DNA of 64,000 nucleotides from Lama guanicoe (GCA_013239625.1 MU056216.1:13790725-13854724), one strand, 5' to 3'. Positions 13,300 to 25,180 are shown, counted from the first letter of the stretch. The notes: generated by a model from the letters alone, not told the origin. A program made the numbers and translations.

Positions 13300-14210
13300 A
13301 AAAAATCATTATTAAAAATAATTTATTGAGCTGTAAGACACAGTAAAGTATGCAAATCTTAAGCAACAACTTGAAATTTTACATGTGGATGCACACGTGT
13401 GTATACACACACACGTAGCCACCGTCCAGATCAAGACGTAGGACGTTTTAGGGTGAGGGTAGAGCTCAAGTAGCAGAGAGCATGCTTATCATGCATGAGG
13501 TCCTGGGTTCAACCCCCAGTACCTCCTCTAAGAATAAATAACCCGAAAAGATGTAGTACGTTTTCAACACCCCAGCAAAAAGCTCCCCTTTTCCTCTTGC
13601 TGGTCCATACTCACCATTTTCGTGCCTTCCCCACCACCCGCTGGGACCCACTATTTTGAGTTTTATTATTATGATTCATTTTGCCTGTGTTTGAATATAA
13701 GTGGACTCATCCAGTGCGACTGCTTTTGTGTCTAGCTTTTTACACTCATCATAATGTCAATGCAGTTCTTACTCTTATTGCCTGCAGTAGTGGTTCTTTC
13801 TTACTGCTTTGTAATTTTGTAATTTAATGGTACAAATGTACCAAGTTAGAAATTTGGCTTTCTGTCTATTATTGACTATTACAAGTAAAACTACCTCGAT
13901 TATCCTCGTGTGAGTCTTTTGCTGGATATACGCACTCATTTTGGGGGTATATATTAGATTGGACCATATGAAATTGCCATTTTTGTAGGTTCCAAATGGT
14001 TGACAATTAGTAGTTTCCTATAATTCAGCCTATATCTAGGAGTAGAATCACTGGATCAGAGGGTAACTGAATGTTCAGCTTTTGAAAATCACGCTAAACG
14101 TTTTCCCCAGTGTCAGTGCTGTTTGACATCCCTGCCGGCTGTATGCAGAAGTTCCATTCGTTCTGTGTTCTCACCAGCACTGGGAATCAGCCATCTTTTA
14201 GCCATTCTGG
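13300..14210 (-). mobile_element. Old L1 (L1ME-like) 3' fragment interrupted by a SINE
   Basis: tttattgagctgtaa...aaagtatgcaaatcttaag; cttttgtgtctagctt; ccatcttttagccattctgg. Confidence 0.7.
13451..13547 (+). mobile_element. Vic-1-like SINE with 17-bp TSD
   Basis: A/B-box head gggtagagctcaagtagcagag...gggttcaacccc. TSD aagacgtaggacgtttt (13433-13449) / aagatgtagtacgtttt (13548-13564), 2 mismatches. Confidence 0.9.
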
Positions 14211-14336
14211 TTGTACAGAGCTGTTTTATAAATGAGAAAATGAAAGACATTATTTTAAGAAATGTCGAAGATTTTACTGGATTTCAGCAGTTCATAGAGG
14301 TCATTTTTGTACTAATGTGTGTGTTTTCCCTCGCAG

Positions 14337-14438
14337 AAAATAGATGCACAAGCTATTGAAGAATTCTACGGGTTGACCTCAGATATCTCAAAGAACTCTG
14401 AGTCTGGCTACATCCTTTTCTACCAGTCCCGGGACTGA
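14337..14438 (+). CDS. USP12: USP12 last coding exon 9, to stop codon
   Basis: Branch-like tactaat at 14310-14316, acceptor ttttccctcgcag|AAA. Encodes [36 protein letters not shown] at 14436-14438. The C-terminal SRD is USP12-type. Confidence 0.97.
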   Translation, partial: KIDAQAIEEFYGLTSDISKNSESGYILFYQSRD

Positions 14439-15047
14439 GGGAACCGTGACGGAGAGAGACTTTCTGCCTCATTTCTTCTCTGGTTGTTTGGGAAAGGATC
14501 AAGCACTGATTTTTCACGCAAAGAGAAATGCAGGAAGCTCAGGGGGCAGTGGCACACTTTGCACACAATAAAGCAAAGGCTGTGGCTTGGCAGGCTCTTC
14601 CTATCACGGTAGTTGATTGATTTGCTCAGGTATCGTGCTGTCTGCGCACTTCCATGCAACAAGGAAGCGAAATCAGAGATACCAGCTCCTCTTGTAAAAC
14701 AGCCTCCCAGTAATTGACATGCATTTTCTCTTCATTAATTGCACCAATACTGATTGAACTCCTTGGGGTGCAGCGGAAAGAGCAGGAGTCTGTGCGAGGT
14801 TGAACGGATGATTGCGGGAGGTGACACTGAACACACGGCACACGTTTGCCTGGGTTCAACACGGAGAGGAGGAGTATCAGGTGGTCTTTTCAAGCGTAAA
14901 CCACAAACACTTTTGGGCCCAACACTTGCAGTTGCCCTTCCTGATGTAAAGAAGCTAACAGGTATTAGAATCCAGTGTCAGGAAGACAAATACGTTTGCT
15001 TCTCTGAAGAAGCTTATAATAATATACAGTGTATGTGTATCTAGGGA

Positions 15048-15276
15048 NNNNNNNNNNNNNNNNNNNNNNNNNNNNNNNNNNNNNNNNNNNNNNNNNNNNN
15101 NNNNNNNNNNNNNNNNNNNNNNNNNNNNNNNNNNNNNNNNNNNNNNNNNNNNNNNNNNNNNNNNNNNNNNNNNNNNNNNNNNNNNNNNNNNNNNNNNNNN
15201 NNNNNNNNNNNNNNNNNNNNNNNNNNNNNNNNNNNNNNNNNNNNNNNNNNNNNNNNNNNNNNNNNNNNNNNNNNNN
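15048..15276. other. Assembly gap (N run) inside the USP12 3'UTR
   Basis: Run of Ns. Confidence 0.99.
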
Positions 15277-16961
15277 TTGTAAGTTACTTTAAGAAAACTT
15301 GCAGTGAGAGGAGGTAAATATTCTTTTTCAGGAGGAACTGATATCTCTGGCTAAATATTTGTCCTAGTTGTCAGTCAGTCATTTTATTCTGCTTTAATTT
15401 CAGTAAAATAAACAACTATCAGAAATCCCCTGTAGCCGTGGGAGCGATCAGAGGAGCCCTGGCGCGGTGCTGGTGGGCGGGCCTTGAGGGTTCTTAAATA
15501 CTCTTTCAGGTTGAGGCCACGTCTTGAAAATCGCTGTCAGAGCAGGTAGGTTGTTTCTGCGTGTTCTCCACCCTGGAAGGCAGTGAGCCCTCCTAACCCC
15601 AGCACCGGCGGAGCTAGCAGACCCCGTGAGGAGGACATTCTGACGAGGCTGACCAGGAGGACTGTGAAAGCAGGTCCTTGTTCTCCCTCCCACCTTTACA
15701 AATCTTACCGGAAGGGTGCTCAGAAGTTCAACTTTATGTTTGCAAAGCCTTCATTCTGCTGGGGTTTGAGGAAGTAATATACGTGATGTAAAATGTCTGT
15801 CAACCATTGCAGTTGACTGTTTCCATGCATCAGTAAGTTGCCTGACAGTGGCCGAATGTAACTTGCAGAAAATAATTGAATATATCGTCAAAAGAATAGC
15901 AGTCAGGTCTTCGATGTTCTTTATCCAAGTCTTTTCAGGCAGTAATCTTTTTTTCAAATTGCTGTAATTTTCTAAACTTATTTTACTAATACTGTTGAAT
16001 CTCAGAAACAAACAACAAAAAAGAATGTTTTGTCTGCTGCTATTATTAACATTTATTAATCTGTATCTTTTAGCTCAGGAAATGACTTCACCTATTCGTT
16101 CCGTGAATAGATCTTCAACAGGGTCACTTAGCTAATTGGGCTGTCTAAACAGATGTGCCGGGAGAAAAATATGATGTATTTTGACAGATTGCTTTTTAAG
16201 ATACAGTTTCTAAAGCCTTACCCTGGCTGGACTGGTTTTGTACAAACCACGTGGCCCACCAGATCTACCAACATTACACACAGAATCACAGCCAAGAATG
16301 TGGGCAAGGTCATAGCTGCAGAGATGGATGCATTTTTTTATTTTGAGGGCTTAAAATTGCCTTGGAATTGGAAGCTTTGTTTCAGTACAGAGGTGAGGCG
16401 TACGGGAAGCTGAACCAGTTTTCACTTGCACTGGGGCTGCAGCACGTGTGAGAAAGATAGATGAAGTCATTTGCATAAAGGTACAGCATTGGGATACTGT
16501 GCTGTTTGTTTTTACATTTCACATTAAAAATATATATACAGTAAAGTAAAATCCAAGGTTAAATTTCCTATTAAAGCAAGTTATAGCATTTTTACTGAGT
16601 TCCATGGTAGTCGCACACTGTTCACATCTACACCTTGTTTAACAGTCTGACCTGTCAGGGGAGGGACTCTGGGGTGATGGTTCCCAATTTACTTCTTACT
16701 TTTGGTGCAGCTGCATCTACGTAAAATGTTTTGAAGTTTATCAGAAACTCAGTATACTTTAAAAATGTATAGGGTTAGGGTTGGGGGGGGGAATGTAGAT
16801 ACAGTAAGGAAGGCAAGTGGCCCACAGAGAGCGCGCCGCGAGGCTGTGTGGAGGTTGACTGTGCCGGGAAGGAGGGGCGGGTCTCGTTGTGCATGGTGGC
16901 TGAGTGCTGTCTAGCGGTGTACATGTTTGTTGGGATGGCTGTCCCATATTTTGTATATTGG

Positions 16962-16967
16962 AATAAA
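16962..16967 (+). terminator. Poly(A) signal AATAAA (candidate alternative site)
   Basis: AATAAA with upstream TGTA (CFIm-type) motifs at 16918 and 16952. Confidence 0.6.
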
Positions 16968-17254
16968 AATTTCTATAAATTATCATAACTGAAAGTAAAT
17001 ATTCTAAATTAAGTCTCGCTTCTAAGTCACACAGCTTCTGTCTTGGAAACTTGAGATTGCTCAAGACAGGAGCCGTGAGACTTTAGGCAAAGGGAAGGGG
17101 GTGTGTAATATATGGGTCTTGTTGCCTCTAACCATCAGTGTAGGGTGTTTTCTTTCCTTGATGGCAGTAGGAAGACCTCACTTTCATAACATACTACTCT
17201 TGATACTTTCTTTAAAGATACTTTTCATTAAAGATTCTCTCATGAGGTATTTAC

Positions 17255-17455
17255 CTGGGAGCTGGGAGGCTAAAGCGCTCAGGTCCTGGCTCTTCAGTGA
17301 ATTTAACTGTGTGACCTTGGGCAAGTCACTTAACCTCTCTGTGTTTCAGTCTCCCTATCTTGTAAAATGGGAGTAACACCTACCTCACAGGGTTGTTGTG
17401 GGGATTAATTAGATATAATGTCTGTAAAGCATCTAAGGTTCTTGAAGAAGGCGCT
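17255..17455 (+). mobile_element. MIR SINE in the USP12 3'UTR
   Basis: Near-consensus core ctgtgtgaccttgggcaagtcacttaacctctctgtgtttcagt...tgtaaaatggg...acctacctcacagggttgttgtg. Confidence 0.92.
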
Positions 17456-17477
17456 ATATAAATACAAAATAATATCT

Positions 17478-17483
17478 ATTAAA
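17478..17483 (+). terminator. Poly(A) signal ATTAAA (candidate distal site)
   Basis: ATTAAA followed ~10-40 nt later by the GU/U-rich tract tttgtgcttgtggggttttgtgtgttcttt. Confidence 0.65.
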
Positions 17484-18649
17484 GTTGGTTTATTTGTGCT
17501 TGTGGGGTTTTGTGTGTTCTTTCCTTTTTTCCTAAAATACATTTGCGAAATAGAAGTATATACTTTGGAAATTGTCTTACTGCTTTTGCTCACTTTTCTT
17601 CTCCAAAGAGATTTTCCCAGAACACATCTTATGTGTGTAGAACAGCATTCCATATGTGCCTGTGTTTAATCAGCACGTACCTTGCGTTTAATTTTCTTTG
17701 TGTAGTAGCACTGCCTTTCCGAAAATCCCAAATTTAAAGATTTAGAGTTACGGACTCTTAGAGGACAAAATACCTTAAAAGTCACTGTCCCTGGTGCCCC
17801 TCTTCCCTTCCAGGCAGTAACTCCTCCTGTAAAGTCGGCTCATGAACTTGAGAACCTGAAGGGCGCCTCATTGTTGAGGGACTCAATCACCATTTCTTTA
17901 ACCTTCACCGTTCTTGGGAACCCTGGCCGGGAAGCACTCTCGTTTGTTCACGTGTCTAAAGGGGTGTCTCGGAGTAAACGCAGAAATGGGGGGGCCAGAC
18001 TGTCGTGGGAGCCGAGGACTGCGTTCTGTTTTCTGACTTGAGTGTGATAGGCCCTGTGCCCAGCATTCCACATTTTTTAAAGATGTCCACCTTGAAGACA
18101 GCGTGTCCCTGAAGTCTGATGTCCTCATTTGACAAGAGAGGAAACAGGCTCTTCAGAGGGTCAGCGATCTTTCCCGAAGTCGCTCAGCTGGAAAGCAGGC
18201 GGTCCAGGCGTCCATCAGGTCTGATCTCATGGCCACGCTCTTACCCTGTGTTTCCCTCTGGAAAGTTCCTAGATTACGCTCAGGAATTCTCCCTCAAGTG
18301 AGTGCTGTGGAGCCCTGACTCCTGAGAAAACAAGCCTGCACTAGTCTGTGTCATGTGTCACTTACTACAGTCGCCCTAAAAATGGGTTCATTTCTTAAAT
18401 CTCCTTGCCTGCTGTCAGTGCTTCGCCCCATAGTTAAACTGATGTAGGACTTAATGCAAACTCCATACCCCCCAATTATTTTCAAATAAGCAAAACTCTT
18501 TTTACAATTGAAGTACAGTCACAGTGTATCAATTTCTGAGCACGATGTCCAGTCATACATAACATACATACATTTGTAAGAAAAACTCATGATCAAGAAA
18601 AACTACCATTATCCTGATAAATCACTTCCAAATCTAGATAATTTGCAGA

Positions 18650-18780
18650 CTCACTGGGGGAATTTAACAAATGTTCAGATTCCTGAGATACATCCCCGAA
18701 GGTTTTGACTCACAGGAGGTGATGAATCTAGTTCTCAAAGGCTCCCAGATGATTCTTGCCATCCAGGTTTGGACCTGTCC
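18650..18780. mobile_element. MER5-like hAT-Charlie fragment
   Basis: cagattcctg...gctcccagatgattct...caggtttgg, typical of MER5A/B. Confidence 0.55.
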
Positions 18781-21700
18781 CCGTAACTCGTCTGAAGATC
18801 CGTGTCGTATTTCTTCTATAAGGTTGCTGCCACTGTGGAGTTGACCTGCTAGGAGTGTTGTCAAAAAGACAAATTACCTGAGGGATGGTCGCCGGAAGCT
18901 TAAGAGGGGTTGGAACACTGGTCTTTACATACAGCGTTGGAAAGGTTGCCACCTGGAGGATGCTTTGCTTCTAGGGTGAGCTGGCGTGCAATGAGAGGGC
19001 AGAGGCTGCAGTGCGGGCGGGGCGGAGCTTTCTGATTGCTGGGCAGTGAGGAGCTGAGAAAGGAAGGGTCCAGCTGATGCACTAGACCATTGGCAGGTGG
19101 GGTGTCTAGACCGGCTCTGGGGTGGTGCTGGAGAAACTTCAGCTTCTTAGATGAGGTGGCAGGGACAGAGGGCAAGTGGAAGCCGTATCTTCCAGGTCAG
19201 GGCTTATATATAGTCCACGTCCCACTGCCCTCTGTCTTTTAAAATAGTTGGACACGGAGCGCCACCATTTACTACAGGAAAAATTTAAATGGCACTGGTC
19301 ATTAGGATGGGAACCGTCCTCTCACCTGTCCCTGACTTGAAAAGAGGGAGGTGGGTTGAACAAAACACACTGGTCTCAAGGTTTTGCGTGGCGGAAGCTG
19401 AGTTTATGTTGCCTGCCGTTTGAGCAGGCAGGACGCCTTGGGTGAATCTGCCCTGCCTGAAAAAGGTCACTGCGCCTTGTCAGGTCCTCTCTGATGAACA
19501 CGCAGGTTCTGTAGATTTAGGAACCCCTGCGTTGTGGCCCACTTGACAGAAGACACTAAAAAGTGACAGAGGGGTGACTGTCCACCTTGGGCGATCGTGC
19601 CATACTGTCTGTGCACGTGCTGGGATGGTAGGTGCAATGACTGGTGTGTTTGTAACCTATTTACAGAAACTTTTGTTGATGGTAGCTTTTTCCCGTCAGG
19701 AAGAAACCATTTTCCAAATGGTGTTTGTTTTAGGAAGCAAAAATGAATGTTTTCTTGGCTGGACTTTAGCTGGCTAGTTTTTAATAACCTGCCAGAGTGT
19801 TGCACTTATTTTAAGGGAAAAAAAATGATAGAATGATGAAGAAAGTAGATGTACACAACTGCCTGTCAGTGGTTTAGACGGTTGGGTGGGAAGCTTCAGA
19901 AAACATCACTTCAGATAAGCGTCTTACCTACCTTCCCAGCATCACGTGTATTTATCATCCTAAAAGCTATCTCGGGGGTTGTGCTCTGCCCAACAGATAT
20001 ATTTAAAAAAAATTTTTGTTGTGAACACAGAAAACGGGCAACGTGGTGTCTGGAGTTACGTGCATCATATGGACTATTTTACTGTATCTTACGCTATGGA
20101 TTAGAACTGGTTTCAAATTACATTGATTTGCTGAATGTAAAGTTACAAACTGAGAGAAGGTTTATGATCCTACACCGAAGCAGGCAGGCGAAGGTGGAAA
20201 GATTCGTGCATTTGGAAGGAAATCCCAGCCTGAGGTGTAGAGAAGGGTTTGGAGGGAACGGAGTGGGCGATGAAGCTCTGGGTGGGGGCAGGATTTGGCC
20301 ACGGGCTGGCTGGTAGGGGTGAGAGGAAGGCACGGCTAGGAAGATAGAAGCCTGCTGAGGACCCAGGAGGAGACCAGGCTTGGGGGTAGATCACGTACTC
20401 CACGGGATGGCTGTTCCACGGTTTCTTTACAAGCATCTGCTTTTAATAAACTCGCACGTTGCCTGGCAGTTTGGGGAGGTCAAGCCGTGATGGCCAGGGA
20501 ATCACTGGAATTCACGTGCTCGGATCTACCTGTTAGCTTCTGTCCCATGTGCCGCCAGGGCAAAGCTTTATTATTAGAATTTCAGATTAGGTACAAAGCT
20601 GAAATGGTTCTTGTCCTTCTGAAATAATTACTCTGTTTTTCGTGAACTCCCAGACTGTTTCAAAGTCTGCATTGATTTTGACGCATTTAATAACTGAGGA
20701 CAGACTGATAAGCTCAACAGCCTCATGTTGAATAATGTTGAATGTCTTTTGGAAGTTTTTACTGGAAATGAATTGGATCTATCATTTGCTCTGGCATAAA
20801 AATTTTCCTTTCTTCTATGGAAAGATGGTAACATTTAAGGACCCTGGGGAGGCTTTAGGACAAGGGGGAAAAATGCAGTTGATGGGCAACTTGAAAATTT
20901 TTCAGGAGAAGTGAAGTGAGTTTACTGCTAGGCAGATTGAAGCCCAGTGCAAAAATTGGACGGACCTGTCCCAGAAGCTGGGTGCTGCCCTGTTGGGAGC
21001 AGGTGCTGCAGTCCCATGGGACGGAGGCGGGCTGCAGGGCACCTTCAGCCCCGCCTGGTGTGTGACGGTTCACGGGCGTCAGAGTTGCTGCCCACCTCTC
21101 CAGGGAATCTCTCTGGTCAGAGACATCTTGGTGTCTTTCCCAGGACCAACCAAGATCTGACCTGGTGCTGACTTGGTGGCTGCAACGTTCATTGCCTCCT
21201 CCTCTGCCTGCCATGCTAACGAGACACAATGAGTAGGTAGCGAGCCAGCCCTTCACTGTCCCCAGACCTGGAGCCAGTCCCATAGCCCCTAAGCCCACGT
21301 TCCTCACTTACAAAATGGCAAAGTCATACTATCTTGTAGGAGTGAAACTGGATTGAGACACGTGTAAGACACGCCTGGTATAGTCCAGGGCGACGGTCCC
21401 TCTACAGTGTTGTCGAGAAACTTCAGCAGAAGCCCAGCGCTGATTTCTCAGGTGTTGATTGAACAGGTATTAAGTGCAAAACATCCCATCGGCTGTTGGA
21501 GGGGATGGAAAGACAGCTGAGACAAAATGTCTATTCTCCTGGAGCTTACAGTGTGGAAAATAAGATTATATTTTAAAAGGAAAGACAAATTGCGAATAAA
21601 TCACTCTTTGGGTTCAGAAGGCGTGTTGGAGGCGGGACCTAGCATGGTTTAGTGCGCACCGCGGCCGCCTCCGTGCGGAGCTGAGCGTAGACCTGGGCCT

Positions 21701-23599
21701 GGCTCAGGTCCTCCTCTGTGAGACAGACATCGCTGTGGATGCTGCCTGACTGGTCGTGCTAGGAGGGTCCGGAGAAGGGCAGGGGCTCAGCCCACGCTCG
21801 CAGTGATCTGTTGACGCCGCTTATAATACTGAGTGCCCACCGCGTGCTATCTTCCACGAACACAAAGTTGAGCGAGACTTTGTGCACTTCGGTGAAGGAG
21901 ACAGATCAATAATTAACTGCACTGATCCCAAGTGTTGACAGCCGAGACAGGAGCGTAAGTAAGACAATGTGAGACACGGAGGAAGAGCATCTGCGTGAGG
22001 TTGCTGGGCAGGGAAGTCATGCTGCTGACCAAGCGGCGAAGCTGGGACTTGCACCCAGGAGAACCCGGGTCTGGCCTTCGAGCAGGCTGAGTCCTCGGCC
22101 GTCACTCCCCACCTTGCCTGCTTCAAGGCCTGCGTGACACACCACCCACTTCACGAAGCCCCACTGATTCCTCGGCCGGATTGCGCTGTCGCATCCTTGC
22201 ATCTCCCTGGCCCTTGTGGTGGGCTTGCAGGAGGTTAACCTGGCCCCAGATTTCAGCCTCTGCGCGGGCTGGGAGCCTAGGCTCAGGGACCTGGAGGCAG
22301 AACAGGCCTTTACTGAATGTATTAAGCTAACTTTCCAGTGGCCAAGCCCAAGACCTTCCACAGGGAGGAGGACAGGTGGGCAGAGGCTGAGCCCACCATT
22401 CTGGACAGAGGAGGGGTCAGTGGTACAGCGAAGAGGGCATGAAGGTTGAAGGAAGACAGGCCCATTTGCAGGATGGTTGCACTGCTTGCTGGCTACGCGC
22501 TCTCTGGAGCTGGGAGTCCTCACTTTGAGCTGTGACATTTACAGAACGCAACCATGCCAGCCAGGCCCACAGCAGAGTCCCGGGGACACGCCACCTCTGC
22601 CCCCACCTCCGTCGTTGACTCAATATTTACGAGCCTCCCACGGAGGCTCTGTACGAAACATCAGATGGACCCGTTGTTCCCACGGAAGAGGTCTCAGGGG
22701 AAAGGCTGGGGGTTGGAGGTTCGAGAGCACGAAAATGGGAAACCGTCACAAACTTGGGAAGCTAAGGAAGCCGTCTGAACAGACCACCTGCCTGTGTGGC
22801 TAGGAGTGTTCTTCCCGCGCCTGCACCGTGGACGACAGCGTCCCAAGACACGGTGTGTGCCAGGGGCCCTGACGCTGAAGCCTGATTCTCCGGTTTATAA
22901 AAGGACTTTCCCTTTGAGAGCAGCGTGGGAAGTGAGCAGAGTTCCCTGCAGACCCGCGTCTGGATAACTCAGCCCAGCGCTTTGGTTTCCCAGCAGTGCT
23001 TAGGGAGGCGGGAGCCGGTGCGCCCGTCCTCTGTGGACTCAGCCCCAGGGCCGTCAGTCAGCCTGGGGGCGGAGAGCGCAGGAGGCCTCTCCCCACGCGC
23101 ACAGGCGCTTCTGGCCGTAACTGCAGATCTTTCCACCTCAGAGCTCCTTCCGCAGCTGAGAGGCTCTCCTTTTTGATGTTTTATGCACCTAATGCCACTG
23201 TTCCGGGCGTCTCCAGGCTCAGGCACTGCCATGAGTCCCCAGATTCAAGGTCAGAGTGAGTTTCATGGGGGAAGTTATTGTTTGCTCAAGGATTAAAGTA
23301 AACAGAGAGGACGGGTTATTACGTCGTCAATAACGTTGGCCCCTTGATTAAAAATACAAATGTAATTCAGCTCAAAATTAGCCTCTGGTATGCTGTTCTA
23401 GAAAATTAGATGGCGGTTAAGAAATGAGTGGAGTCTTTTGAACACAACAGTTTGCCTCACGTCATCTGTCTCTGGAGGCACGGTCTTCCCAGCTCGGATT
23501 TTCTATGGGTGGAATTTTGGGGAAAAGCATTACTGACCTGGACACTGGAATCGTGCTTCCTACAGTCACGAGGGGCTGAGAGACTTGGCAGAGGGGAAG

Positions 23600-23850
23600 G
23601 CTCGCACTTCGGAATCAGATAAACCCGGGCTGAGATACTGGCCTCTTTACTTAACCAGCTGTGTGAGTTTTGATCACGTGACCTCACCTTTGTGTTTTCT
23701 GAGCTAAAAAACCAAGATAAATTAAAACTTTTAAAAATGAGGCTAAAAATGTCTACCCTGCAGGATTGTTTTGGGTTTTCAGATACCGTATAGAAAAGGG
23801 CGTAACACAGTGCTTGACACAAATTAGGCCCTCAGTGTATAGTAACCAGC
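23600..23850 (+). mobile_element. MIR SINE
   Basis: ggaatcagataaacccggg...ctggcctctttacttaaccagctgtgtga...caggattgtt...cacagtgcttgacaca. Confidence 0.75.
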
Positions 23851-23951
23851 CCTGTTACTAGTGTTTAGTAGAATTCAGATCAGAAGACTGTTCACATGGG
23901 TTCCAGCACCCAAGGGCTCTGTCTTCATCTTAGAAAGAGAAATACACGAAG

Positions 23952-24080
23952 CCAGTGGTTCTTAATTCCTGCAGCTCAGTAGACTCTCCCAGGGGGCTTT
24001 TAAGAAAAGCCACTGTCCCAGCCTCGCCTCCAAAGATTCTGCTTTTCACTGATCTGGGCTGAGGCTGGGCGTTCATCTTT
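23952..24080. mobile_element. MER5-like DNA transposon fragment (adjacent to or hosting the L1)
   Basis: ccagtggttcttaa...gggggcttttaagaaaa...aaagattctg...tctgggctgaggctgggc. Confidence 0.6.
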
Positions 24081-24084
24081 CCTT

Positions 24085-25180
24085 TTTTATTTAATTGAAG
24101 GATAGTTGATGCACAATATTAAATATTTCAGGTATACAACATAGTGATTTGACGTTTATATACATTACGAATTAAGCACCATGGTAAGTCTAGTAACCAT
24201 CTGTCCCCACACAAGGTCGTCTCAACGTTATTGACTGTTAGGTCCCCGTGACTCACTTGCTTTACCGCTGGAGCTCTGTACCTCTCACCCACCTTCACCT
24301 GTTTCACGCAACTCCCTGCACCTGGCAACCACCTGTTTGTTTGTGAGTTTGTTTCTGTTTTATGTTTGTTTTGTTTTTTAGATTCTACATATAAGTGAAA
24401 TCACATGGTATTTGCCTTTCTCTGTCTGACTTATTTCACTTAGCACAATACCCTCTAGGTCCATCAAAATGTCATAGGGGTGCATATATCTTTTCCAATT
24501 AGTGTTTTTATTTTCCTTAGACAAATACTCAGAAGTGGGATTGCTGGATCATATGGTAGTTCTATTTTTAATTTTTTGAGGAATCTCCATACAGGTTCTG
24601 ACAAAATAGTTCTGAACTGGCTGAGCCAATTTAAATTCCCACCAAGAACGCACAAGGGTTCCCTTTTCTCCACATCCTCACCAGCACTCGTTATTTCGTG
24701 TCTTTTTGATGACGGCCATTCTGACAGNNNNNNNNNNNNNNNNNNNNNNNNNNNNNNNNNNNNNNNNNNNNNNNNNNNNNNNNNNNNNNNNNNNNNNNNN
24801 NNNNNNNNNNNNNNNNNNNNNNNNNNNNNNNNNNNNNNNNNNNNNNNNNNNNNNNNNNNNNNNNNNNNNNNNNNNNNNNNNNNNNNNNNNNNNNNNNNNN
24901 NNNNNNNNNNNNNNNNNNNNNNNNNNNNNNNNNNNTACATATTCTGGCTATTAACCCCTTATCAGATACATTGCTTGCAAGGACCTTCCCTCATCCAGGA
25001 GGCAGCCTTTCCATTTTGCTGATGGTTTCCTTTGGTGTGCAAAAATCTTTTTAGTTTGTTGTGGCCCCATCTGTTTGTTTTTGCTTTTGTTTCCCTTGCC
25101 TGAGGAGACAGATCCAAAAAAAGATTGCTAAGACTGATGTCAAAGAGCCTGTATCTTCTCCTAGGAATTCTATGTTCCAT
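24085..25180 (-). mobile_element. LINE-1 3' portion (ORF2 C-terminus plus 3'UTR), spanning gap 24728-24935
   Basis: Minus ORF AGEDVEKREPL...VWRFLKKLKIELPYDPAIPLL...KDICTPM is the L1 ORF2 C-terminus. 3' end reads ttaattgaaggatagttgat. Confidence 0.92.

Larger units (their letters stand above)
14439..17505 (+). other. USP12: USP12 3'UTR (inferred, ~3.1 kb, spans an assembly gap)
   Basis: Repeat-poor, AU-rich sequence after the stop codon, with several poly(A) signals. The 3' end is inferred from ATTAAA at 17478 plus a downstream GU-rich element. Confidence 0.7.

Noticed and set aside
1955-14438. Alternative identity as USP46 or a processed pseudogene
   Set aside because: Introns are present, the frame is intact, and the residues [22 protein letters not shown] and terminal SRD match USP12.
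24464-25022. ORFs containing X runs (also at 15029 and 52614)
   Set aside because: Artefacts of N gaps; the readable parts are L1 remnants or UTR sequence.
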